Assembly (NCBI GenBank): GCA_964016885.1
Contig: OZ024743.1
Location: 378,076,001 to 378,140,000 of the forward strand
Origin: Eledone cirrhosa
Lineage: Eukaryota
Reading direction: 5' to 3'
DNA: 64,000 nt
Numbering within the stretch: position 1 is the stretch's first letter; every line of letters begins with the position of its first letter. Made by a program: the position numbers and the translations under genes. The notes under the pieces are model-generated. The model made no database searches. It was not told the DNA's origin and saw nothing but the letters and a program-made list of their open reading frames with translations. Shown piece by piece: positions 11,836-22,600 of this stretch.

Positions 11836-11975
11836 GGGCGACTTGTTATATCTTCATTATATTTATTGAGTGATGCACGTTTTGCTATCAATCAGCACAA
11901 GGTTCGATTTGCATCAATAGCGAAACGCACATCACTACTCAATAAACATAATGAAGACACAACAAATCATCCTTT
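11836..11975. repeat. Imperfect inverted repeat (~55-bp arms)
   Basis: TCTTCATTATATTTATTGAGTGATGCACGTTTTGCTAT pairs with ATAGCGAAACGCACATCACTACTCAATAAACATAATGAAGA. Confidence 0.75.
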
Positions 11976-12004
11976 TTATTATTATTATTATTATTATTAT
12001 ATTT

Positions 12005-12207
12005 TGGCGTTGGATTGGCAGTGTCGGTAGAGGGTCGGACGCCATGCTTTCACGTATATAGTTACGGCCCTTGCCATTCTGAGTTCAAATCCCACCGAGG
12101 TTAACTTTGCCTTTCATCCTTACGGGGTCGATAAAATAAAGTACCAGTAATGTACTGAGTAATTACTGGCCTTGTGCCAAAAGTAGAAACAATTATTATT
12201 ATTATTA
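12005..12207 (+). mobile_element. tRNA-derived SINE (CTTTGCCTTTCATCC...GGGGTCGATAAAATAAAGTACCAGT core family) with (ATT)n tail
   Basis: B-box GAGTTCAAATCC. Related copies at 17165-17325(-), 17870-18020(+), 18605-19000(-), 19920-19990(-), 21201-21414(-), 28390-28520(-) and 30925-30960(+). Confidence 0.85.
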
Positions 12208-12236
12208 TATATATGTATTAGTATTATATATATATA

Positions 12237-13105
12237 CAGGGTGCGGACGATATTTGTTCGCAAGATTACTGTCTATGAAAAAATAACACTAGTTTTATTT
12301 TTTAAGATTTATTTATCAAACTTGGGTCAGTTTGTCTTCATGACTTGTTCTTTCGATCTCACTCGATAAACCCACCATTGGCTTTGATGACGGCCTCGGA
12401 ACCGGCTACAGGCCTTTGTCACTGTCCCACGACTTAGGCCCCTAAAGGCACTTGTGATCCTGGCCTTCAGATCATCTTTCGTATTGCAGCTAGATCTGTT
12501 GGTGTCTCGTTCCACTGCGCCCCACACAAAGAAGTCGAGGGGGTTGCAGTCAGGCGAGCTGGGAGGCCAGATGTCAGGTGAAGTGTGGTCGATGAAGCCA
12601 GGCTTGGGTCTTTCGGCTGGTATGGCAGGGCACTGAGTCTTGCTGCCACATGTACGGCCTACCTGCACCTACCTGGTCGATCCAGGGCTTTACTACCTCA
12701 CTCAGAACACGGATGTAGCCATCGGTGTTCAGCTTGAGACCCTTAGGGAAGAAGTGAGGTGGCATGACGTCACCTTGACTGCTGATGACACCTAAGACCA
12801 ATGTTGTCGCTGGAAACTTTGTCTGCATGACTCTGGGCACGTCTTTGGATGAGACAGTGAGCCACCTGTTGTTCTGGGAAAGTCTGAAATTTCCTTATTT
12901 GTTCTCCCGGCACGGATTCCAAGGAAGAACTCCGTGTCTCTTCCACAAATTTGGAGGTTCAAAATTATTCATAATCAATTATTCTGAAAATAAATAATGG
13001 AAATATAGTCACTGTTTTTATGAAGACAAGAGTGACAACGGAAGTAAAAAAAATTTGCATAAAATTAGCAGTAGAAAATTGCGAAAACATATCGTCCGCA
13101 CCCTG
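12237..13105 (-). mobile_element. Internally deleted Tc1/mariner DNA transposon (DD37D/maT-like), 869 bp
   Basis: 27-bp TIRs CAGGGTGCGGACGATATTTGTTCGCAA (2 mismatches) and TA flanks. Transposase C-terminal fragments WQQDSVPCHTS and WPPSSPDCNPLDFFVWG; the N-terminal part is missing. Confidence 0.92.
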
Positions 13106-13171
13106 TATATATATAGTAATAATAAATCCAAAGAGGACTTAATAAGTTTTAGATGATCCCACTTAGGGTGA

Positions 13172-13351
13172 AAGCAGAAATTTATTGCTTAAACTTTTAA
13201 TCTGTACTAATAATATATATCATCAATGTTTAACGTCCAATTTCCACACTAGCATGGGTTAGACAGGTTAGCATAGAAAGTAGACATTAAACGATGATGA
13301 TGATGATATATATTATTAGTACAGATTAAAAGTTTAAGCAATAAATTTCTG

Positions 13352-13354
<3 letters not shown>
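13172..13354. repeat. Perfect 54-bp inverted repeat around two opposed RTE tail remnants
   Basis: 13172-13225 is the exact reverse complement of 13301-13354. Confidence 0.93.
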
Positions 13355-13391
<37 letters not shown>

Positions 13392-13474
13392 AAGGTTAAA
13401 CAAGGTTCAATGAATAAAGTTTTACAATAAAGTTTTACAAAGCACTCCACAGAAATGGTTTTCCGGAGTTATTA

Positions 13475-13669
13475 ATATTAATTCAAAATATTAACAAATA
13501 TAGACATTCGTGTGATCAAGTATATTTTATTATACATATTTCAGAGGTACTGAGCTATTTTGAACAGGGGGACGTACTGTTGAAGATAGCTCAGTACCTC
13601 TGAAATATATATAATAAAATATACTTGATCACATGAATGTCTATATTTGTTAATATTTTGAATTAATAT
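13475..13669. repeat. Near-perfect inverted repeat, ~93-bp arms, 9-nt loop
   Basis: 13475-13567 versus 13577-13669, 4 mismatches by eye. Confidence 0.93.
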
Positions 13670-13671
13670 AT

Positions 13672-13711
<40 letters not shown>

Positions 13712-14877
13712 GGAAAAGTAAACAAGAGAAGAAAATTTTTTTACCTTTTAGGTAAACATTTTTTCTTATTTTGTTTACTTTTCCCAAATATAATTTTTGT
13801 ACGCTCTGATAAATTGATTTTTATTAATTTCTTCATTGATCAAAACTGGTATTGGTTGGATTCCCTTATATGTATGTCTATACTTGTGTATAAATATATA
13901 TATATATTCAATTAATCTCTCTCTCTCTATATATATATATATATACACACACACATATATGCTGTATGTATCCCAGGTTTTAGAATAGGTACACCATATC
14001 GCTGCATGTTGTAAGCGGTGGCTAAAAGGATTGCTGTAAAGCATTGTATCAAAACATCTTGTCCAACCCATGTCAGCATGGAAAAATGGATGTAAAAAAA
14101 CAATGATGAATGTAGGGTGAGATATGACTGCCATTTCTAGCAAGATGAGCATAAGCAACTACATAGTTGTTGAGAACTTATGTCTTCTCTGTGGTAAATC
14201 CTGCTATCTCACTCAGAGAGAGATTATAAAAAAAAAACAAAAAAAACAACCAATACATCTGTCCTGTAGACATCCAGTGTGGTAGCCTTGCTGTCATTGA
14301 TTATGCTAGAAATGGTATGAGAAAGAAACCCAAGGCCAATCTGGCTTTGGTTATAATCCATCGTAGAACTAATTAAATTGATTTAAAATAATCCATGAAA
14401 ATGAAGCCACACAATAAATATTCACGAAGCCAATAAAATTGTGGAACAAAGGAAATATTTGGAAAAGCTAGTTTGTGTTGAAAGATAACTGAACAATGGC
14501 ACTGAGTTATGACGGAAACATAGTGACTTTAATTAGTTACTTAAGTAAGATATGTGAAGCTAGATGGCCGAGTGGTTATAGTGTTGGGGGACACATGATT
14601 ATAAAGTTGTGGGTTCAATTCTGAAATACGGTGACGCATTTTGTGTTTGAGCAAGGTTCTTTATTTCTTTTATAACCCTTTGGACTGGTTATATTTTCTA
14701 CAATGTGGGGGTACTAACAATTTTATCTCAGGCGTAACTTCCGACTACAAAATGTGAGATTTTTAAGCGAGACTCCAACTGAACTTCTGATAATGAGACA
14801 CGTTGCTTATTTATAATAGTTCACCGAGTCCATTTCTTTAATACCAAAGGGGTGTTCACCCCAACAATTTCATATTG

Positions 14878-15410
14878 TGGATGTAGCATGACTGAATGGT
14901 AAAGAGGTTTGCTTTACAATCATTAGGTCCTGTGTTCAATCCCATAGTGTGAGGCATCTTGAATAAGTGTCATATACTATAGCCTCGGGTCAAGCCAAGC
15001 CTTGTGAGTGAAATTTAGTAGATGGAAACTGTGTCCAAGTCTGTCAGATGGACTGTACTATGAATTTAAAGGAGCTAGCCTTGTCACAAACTATCATGCT
15101 GAATCTCCCAGAACAATACGTATCAAAGGTGAACTGAGAGCAAAACTTGGCATAAAAGCATTAGAAGAATTGGATGTAATGTGAAAGAGAGAAGACTGTG
15201 CAGGTATGGACATGTGACGCATATGGAGGATAGCTACAGCATAAAGAAATGCAGAGAAATTCCAGTTGCTGAGACCCAGGAAGACTTGGAATGAGGGAGT
15301 GAAGAGTGACCTTAAGAAACTAAGCCTAACAACTGAGATGACAAAAGATCGAGAGGGTTGGTGACAAGCTGTGATGACCCAGCCACAAGCATACAATATG
15401 ACCTGACCCA
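14878..15410 (+). mobile_element. SINE head followed by an old RTE ORF2 3' fragment
   Basis: tRNA-like head (TGACTGAATGGTAAAG...GTTCAATCCC). 15125-15410 is similar to the RRLRWYGHV...RPRKTW region of the RTE. Confidence 0.65.
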
Positions 15411-16124
15411 TTCACGAGCCCCTCCTACTAGCATGCCCGACAGTCTATCTCACCACTGCTGCTCCATCCAGAACCATACCTTAACTACTACCTCACTGTC
15501 TAAAGCCCTTAGTTATCCTAACCATTGCACCCTAGTAGCAACTCTCTCTACCCCTTGTTCATGGAATGTCAATCAATAACAGTGAAATAAGATGTGTAAA
15601 ACACAAACAAAGATGGTGGTTTTGGTTTTCTTGTGTATAAAAATCTTTTATTCATGAAGAAATTATTTTAAAAATTATATGAATATATTTTTTTTTTATA
15701 AACACAGAAGGATAACTGCAGCAACATCACATACATACACACACATATATATAACCCCTCCACCACCGCACATATATATAACCTCCACCACCACACATAC
15801 AATATAATATAATTATTTTTAAAGAAAGATAGATAACTGCAGTAATGTTCACACACACACACACTCTTGCATACATATATACATATACACACACACAACA
15901 ATGATAGGCTGTCTTATGTCCAACAGCTTTAACTTAGTCAGTTGGTGGATGTCTATGTCTGACATGACACTTAAGTCCTGCCAAAGACTTGCAACCACAG
16001 TCACACAGGGTGCAAGAATGTGGCTTATCAGACAAGAATCTCTCTTGCCAGTGAGCCAGTTGATGGTTGATGTGTTGAACTGACTATAAAGCCGATTAAC
16101 TACCCACACTGATGCTTTGTTTAA

Positions 16125-16518
16125 CCCTTTAACATTTACATTACTCTATATTTATTATTATATTTTCACGGTAAACACTTTATCTCACATAATATCGAAT
16201 CTACAAGATTTTGATATTATTTATTTTGAGAATAACAGACCTGCCAACATCTAAAAGCCCAAATGGGGAGTGCCACAAAACGGGGAGAAATGAGACAAAA
16301 TGGAGAGATTTTACATAATGAAAGCTATACCCATTTTCAAAAGAGAAAACATCTCTCACCCACCCCAAAGTGAGTGGGAGATCTCCCCCGTCCGACGGGG
16401 AGAATTGACAGGTCTGGAACAATACTTTAACATAGGTATGAGCAGCTGATTATGGCCAGTATGAACAGAAAGAGGTGAGAGAATTCTGGCCAGATACGGC
16501 TGATTTAAATGCTAAGAG
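16125..16518. mobile_element. piggyBac-like MITE (TTAA flanks, CCCTTT termini) carrying a nested insertion
   Basis: TTAA|CCCTTTAACATTTA ... TAAATGCTAAGAG|TTAA. The body is the reverse complement of 19716-19913. Confidence 0.75.
16236..16416. mobile_element. 181-bp MITE (possibly hAT-like) nested in the piggyBac-like MITE
   Basis: TIR CAGACCTGCCAA / TTGACAGGTCTG with repeated GGGAGA subterminal motifs. Flanks GAATAA / GAACAA. Absent from the paralogue at 19.7 kb. Confidence 0.7.
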
Positions 16519-17009
16519 TTAAAGTGATAAAGGCTTGTGTAGGACCAGCCACACTTTTGGGATATGCTGATAGCAAAGGATTGATGCTCATACAGCAATA
16601 TAATTATTTTTTATAGAAAGAGAAAAATAACTATAGAAATATCTCTCTATCTACCTATCTATCTATTTCTCTCACAGATACACTTCACACAGTAATATTA
16701 TATTTATACATGTTTATATATAATAGTTCTTGTTTTCCCTTCATATCTCAAACACCATACAATTAAAACAATGTCCTTTCTTTCTGTCATGAGATGCTGT
16801 TTTCTAACAACATGCTTCAAAAATCAACAGTCTATAAAAGATTTATTATAAACCTTACAACATGGCCTGTTTCCATGTAATAATTTTTTGTGAAAATATG
16901 TTAGAAATTATATTTTAAAACTTTTACAAAATCTTGAAGAACTGAAACACTTCCAGATACCAGTTTCCATTAGTAGGAAAAGATATTGATGTATGTATGG
17001 ATCCATAAC

Positions 17010-17325
17010 TCCTTATTGTAGGGATGGCATAGTGACATAGTGTGTCTTATGAATTTTAAACCTGGCAGGGCCAAACCTCTCTGTAGATCTGAACACAGCT
17101 GGTTTCTTCCAGAGAAGGATAGACAGAGTGAAAGGGAGGAAGAGAGAAAGAGATATAGAGGAAGAACCGACCCCAGTACTGGATTGGTACTTTTTTATCA
17201 ACCGCAAAAGGATGAAAGGCAAAGTTGACCTCAGTAGGATTTCAACTAAAAGTGCAGCAATTCAGAATGAATACTGCAAAACAGTCTATCCAATGTTCTG
17301 ATAATTTTGCCAATTTGCCGCCTAT
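17010..17325 (-). mobile_element. SINE with an extended CT-rich body; a related copy lies in the opposite orientation at about 30925-31100
   Basis: TTTCTTCCAGAGAAGGATAGA...GAGAAAGAGATATAGAG...ACCCCAGTACT is shared by both loci. Confidence 0.75.
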
Positions 17326-17574
17326 GAAAAGATATTTACAAGCAGTGAAAAGATTTCCTTAAAACTCATCATTAAAATACACCCAGAATATAGTAATTAA
17401 TAAAAAGATGAGGGGTTAGCTGTGCCACTATCATGCACAGCACTTATGTGATGAATGTTAGCTCTGTAAATGAAAAAACATAATTATATCAATAAATATT
17501 TCAGAATATGTTGAAGTAGCTTGTTGTGGAGTTCAAGCCAACAATATTTTCAGCTTAACTCAAGCCTATTGGTG

Positions 17575-17579
17575 TTTTT

Positions 17580-17617
<38 letters not shown>
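17575..17617. repeat. T15-G28 homopolymer tract
   Basis: Seen directly. Confidence 0.9.
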
Positions 17618-17620
<3 letters not shown>

Positions 17621-18299
17621 TCTTTTTTCTTCCATAAAACATACAGCGAGCTGGTGGATTTTCAGCAAAATAATAACTTCAAACACCCTGAAATGAATTG
17701 AAGGAGAAATTTCTTTTTAAATGTATGAAAATGTAAATTGAAAAATTTTTTTCTCAACCCACATCAAACCATCCCTGATTCTATGTAACAAATCTGTCCC
17801 TTTTAAATAATTGTATTTAAGAACCTTCTGTCATGTTAAGTTGCTTACATAGAAAGTGTTCTGGTGAGTAAGGCAGTAAATTGGCAGAGTTGTTAAGGTG
17901 GTGGATTAAGAATTTTTTGGTTATTTGTTCCAGCTCACTATGTTCTAAGTTCAAATCCTGCCATGGTCAACTTTGCTTTTCATCCTTTTGAGGTCAATAA
18001 ATAAAGTACCAGTCCAGTGTTGGGCTTGACTCTTTCTCTTTCTGTTGAAAAAATCAGTTCTGTTTCAGCAAGGAGAGGAATGGGCTCTGTTTAAAATACA
18101 CTGTCGAGACACAGCATCCTTGAAAACTTCCATGCTTCCCAAAATTTGCCAACACTACACTTGATATTCCGCCTCCATTCACACACATGTATGTGTGTGT
18201 GTGTATATATCATGAAACATACACTGTTCCCTTTACAACAACAACAACAACAACAACAACAACAGCAGCAGCAGCGGTGACGACGATGACAACAACAAT

Positions 18300-18590
18300 G
18301 GAATGGACCTCTGTCAGTTTCAACAATGGGTTTACCAGTTGCTCAATCAACAGAACTGCTCGTGAAATTAACAGGAATGTGGAGAAGCATTCCACAGACA
18401 CATGTACCCTTAATGTAATTCTCAGGGAGATTCAGTGTGATACTGTGTGGCAATGATAGCTCTCTGAACAACAGGTACATTTTTGCCAGCTAAGTGGAGT
18501 AAAGTGTCTTATTCAAGGGCACAATGAGCCACTGGGATTTAACTTATGACCTTACGATCATGAGCTGAATACCCTAACCATTAAGAACAA
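18300..18590 (-). mobile_element. SINE (family related to 8915-9080 and 14878-15125) next to an (AAC)n/(AGC)n tract at 18236-18300
   Basis: Reverse-complement tRNA-like head at about 18520-18585 and a shared body with the other copies. Confidence 0.6.
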
Positions 18591-18604
18591 TAACAATAAT
18601 AATA

Positions 18605-19000
18605 ATTGTCTCTACTTTTGGCACAAGGCCAGCAATTACCCCAGTGTATTACTGGTACTTTATTTTATCGACCGCGTAAGGATGAAAGGCAAAGTTAACC
18701 TAGGCTGGATTTGAACCCAGAACGTAAAGGGCCATAACTCTATGCTGCAAAGCATAGTGTCTGATGCTCTACCGATTCTGCCAATCCACCGCCTTTATAA
18801 CAATGATGATAATTGTTTCTATTTTTGGCACAAGGCCAGCAATTACTCAGTACATTACTGGTACTTTATTTTATCGACCCCGTAAGGATGAAAGACAAAG
18901 TTAACCTCGGCTGGATTTGAACTCAGAATGGCAAGGGTCGTAACTCTATGCGTCAAAGCATGACATCCGACCCTCTACCGATACTGCCAATCCACCGCCA
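18605..19000 (-). mobile_element. Two tandem copies of the core SINE (18605-18795 and 18810-19000)
   Basis: Direct ~200-bp duplication, closely similar to the reverse complement of 12005-12195. Confidence 0.85.
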
Positions 19001-19410
19001 TCAAACAATATAACAATAATAATAATGATAATAACAATAATAATCTAAGCTATAATAAAGTAAGAAGCGCGGGACTGTACGGTTTATAATGTTTTATCCC
19101 CTCAGTAAAATAAGTTGGATTACTTTGAATAAATAATGAATGAATATTACATAATTTATCTACTAAATTTCGTGGCTGTTCATTAGATATATTTTATTAC
19201 TTATTTAAAGATTCACTTCTTTAAAATGTCAACACTTCCGGTTAGCGTTCGTTTAAATAAATATTCATATATTTCTGTCACTAATTTTCTCCTAATGCAG
19301 TTTATATATAATATTGTCTTTTTTTAATGTACCATGGATTACGTTACTGATTACATAAGACAGTGTAACGCAATCTTCGTTCAATTTCTGTGGATATTGT
19401 CAATTACGGT

Positions 19411-19416
19411 TTTATT
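19411..19416 (-). promoter_or_regulatory. Candidate polyadenylation signal AATAAA for the SLC35D-like gene (an alternative is at 19193-19198)
   Basis: TTTATT on the + strand about 150 nt past the stop codon. The AT-rich context makes chance matches likely. Confidence 0.3.
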
Positions 19417-19561
19417 TGATGTATCATATCTACATGTATATATACTTGCATATAATATCAATATACACACTACACATGCTAGCAGAAAACCACCCGAAGG
19501 GTGGTTATTCTGCTTGTAATGATAATAATTCAATACCTTAAAATAAATAGTTATATAGGAA

Positions 19562-19646
19562 TTAAGCTCGTAACTGGGTTGAAGGTTTTGATGTATCTGG
19601 ACTGCTTCTAAATGTTATGTAGGTGTAGAGTAAACTGCCGCCAACA
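19562..19646 (-). CDS. SLC35D1: SLC35D-like terminal coding exon: (S)[27 protein letters not shown]
   Basis: Acceptor tctttctgttccag|TGTTGGC completes the phase-2 AGT codon. TAA stop at 19564-19562. Confidence 0.9.
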
Positions 19647-22600
19647 CTGGAACAGAAAGAAAAAATATTGAATTACACATACATCAAAGTTTTGTGGAAA
19701 AGCAAAGCTGATTAACCCATTAGCATTTAAACCAGCCATAACCGGCCAGAATTCTTTCATCTCTTTCTGTTCAAACTGGCCACTCATACTGATGTTAAGA
19801 CATTGTTCTCAAAATAAATAACATAACAATCTCATAGATTCGATATTATGTGAGGTAAAGCCTTTACCATGAAAATATAATAGTAAATATAGAGTAATGT
19901 AAATGCTAAAGGGTAAAATCAACCCAGTATTTAACTGGTACTTCATTTTATCAACCCCAGAAAGATAAAAGACAAAGTTGACATGGCAACCCAGGTGACT
20001 GCCTGAGTTGGCGGTATCTTCAGCTATTTCTATTTTGAAGAAAAAGAAGATCATGAATGACCTAAGACTAAACATTAATTTTAATGTCCTTCAACTATTG
20101 AACCAGTCGTTTGTGGGCCCCCATTTTCTTATAATAGTGAGAGATGGGGAGAGCAAAAGAGACGGGGGTGATACACAGGTATTTTTTAGAGGGTTAGTGC
20201 TCATGCATTTCCAGTGCCTGTAACCAGCCTGGTAGGTCTACTGTACATTTTCACAGTAGTTGGTTAACCTTAATAGTAGTGATAAATTCCTTTAGTCTAT
20301 TAGAGTAAATAACTGAATGTAGCTTGTAAGGAACAGCCTGACTGAGAGAGACAGCCAGAGAGAAAGAGAGAGAAGGGGTTGTATTGTGGTGTACAGTATG
20401 AAGTTGCAAACACACTGGCACGTAATGCCAGTGTCAATTAGAGAAAGAGATATTTGTGAAGAGTAATGTCCCCTTATATACGTGTGTGTGTGTGTGTGGG
20501 GGGGGTGTTTAATTAGAAGTTTGATTGAACAGAACTATGATGAAAGACATTCCTTGTCGTGACCACACGCCAGTTACTTTTTTGAAAAAATATTTTCAGA
20601 AAAAAAACAATAAACAAACGAACATGATTACATTGCCTGTATCATTTCTTTTATAAGATGATAGAATGTGATTTAAGGGAGATTTAGCTGCTAGTTTTAG
20701 CCAGTCAAGCAACCAGTCAATTGTTAATTAAAAATAGAAAGAACAGTGAAGGTAAGATAACAAGTGTTGAGGTAAATAAATATGCCTTTGTGCAATGTAA
20801 ATGGGTGAATCTCTCTGAGGATTCTTATGCCAAGACTTGTAGCATTTAAGGCACATCAGTGGACAGATTTATCAGAAAATTACTTTGAGGTAATTACATG
20901 GTCAGCCTCATCCTGGTGTGGATGAGCAAGGTGTCCTCCACACCACTCTGTCCCTCAAAGCTTTGCATATTTCACTCTCTTCACATAGGTTGGTTTCTGC
21001 CTGACTCTACTTCTTTGCCCATGTTCTGGGATGTACAGACAGTATTGCTGGATCAAATCTGCCTTGATTCTTCTAACAGAATGTTCAATGAGTGACAACT
21101 GCTGATAAATCACTGTTAACTAATGACTAGACCAGGTAATTGTTTGATTTTATACATATTGATTGGTGATATAACTAATTTCTCATTATATAATAATAAT
21201 TGTTTCTACTTTAAACACAATTCCAGCAATCCGAAGGGGAAGGGAAAATCGATTAAATCGACCCCAGTGCATCACTGGTACTTTATTTTATCAACCCCAT
21301 AAGGATGAAAGGCTAAATTAACCTTGGCGGGATTTGAACTCAACGTAAAGAGCCAGAACTACATGCTGCAAAGTATGTTGTTCGATGTTCTACCAATACT
21401 GCCAATCCACTCCCCTAATTTCTCATTATATAATAATAATGAAAATTATTGTGTACAGTGCTCAGGTGCACCACAACTCATCAAAGGTGCATGCATAGTA
21501 CATAGAACATGTACAAAAGTCAGGAAAGTGAACAGTGTATTAGTTATGATACATACACACATATGCCTGCATGTGTATGAAGGGGGAATATCAGGTGTAG
21601 TATTAACAAATTTGGAGAAGCATGGAAGTTTTGAAGGATACAGTGTCCCGACAGCTAACAACTGATGCTGGTAGTTTGTTCCATGCTTCAGAAACTATGA
21701 ACGTGATAAAATGGTTCTGAAAGTCATGGGAGTTGTATTGTTTTTTGATTTTGTAAGCATGTCCACTGGTGTTAGACACATGGAATTCAAAAATGTGCTC
21801 AGGATTGTTGTTGGCAAGATGGTTGATAATCTTGTGGGTGTCTACCAAGTCAGTTGCCAGATATCGGATGGTCTATTCTGCTGGTGTTAATTAACTATTA
21901 TTCTCAGACACAGTATTTGATGGGCATTAATTATCTTGAAGTAAAATACACAGATAGATCTGTCTTGAGATTCTCATGCCAGTAGTTGTGGTAAAATAGT
22001 GGGTAGATTTAACTGAAAATGACTTACCTTATATTTAGACCAACAAAATTAGTAACACTAAATATGTAGTCTCCACCAATAAACATACCAATATATGTAA
22101 CTAAAAGATTCTGGAAAAAAATACAGAACAATAAATTATGATGATGATGATGATAAGTATCATTACTATTAATTTCTTCTTCTTCTTCTTCTTCTATTAT
22201 TATTATTAACATTAATTTATTCTTCTACTTCTTATTATTATATAATATAAAAGAAACACTCCATTGCGCCACTCCGCAGTGGCGAATTCATAATGATGTC
22301 CACATACTGCGGCCAGAGAGCCGTGAGGGTTCGAGTGACCCAGGTTCTGCCCTCAGTGGAGATGGCGTGGTTGACGGCGGCCGTCCTCGCTGACTTTGAG
22401 GATTCACTCCCTTCCTAAAAAAGAGCCACAGGTAATTTTTGTACCTCTCCCCCTCTCACTTGTTTTCCTCCTATCCTAGCCAACATGGCTTCTCTCAGAA
22501 TAGGTAGCATAAATGCACGTGGCCTGGGGTCGTCTTGGAAGCAGGGCCACCTGCTGAACGATCTCAGGTCGCTAAACATAGATGTGATGGCCATCAGCAA

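Noticed and set aside
15849-16109. 86-aa minus-strand ORF in moderately complex sequence
   Set aside because: It has no recognisable motif or convincing splice signals, so it cannot be supported without a database search.
22432-22479. Mini-intron (CAG|GTAATT...polypyrimidine...CTAG|CCAACATGG) before Tx1 ORF2
   Set aside because: It is only 48 nt and is not conserved before the second endonuclease start at 23088. It is more simply the inter-ORF spacer.
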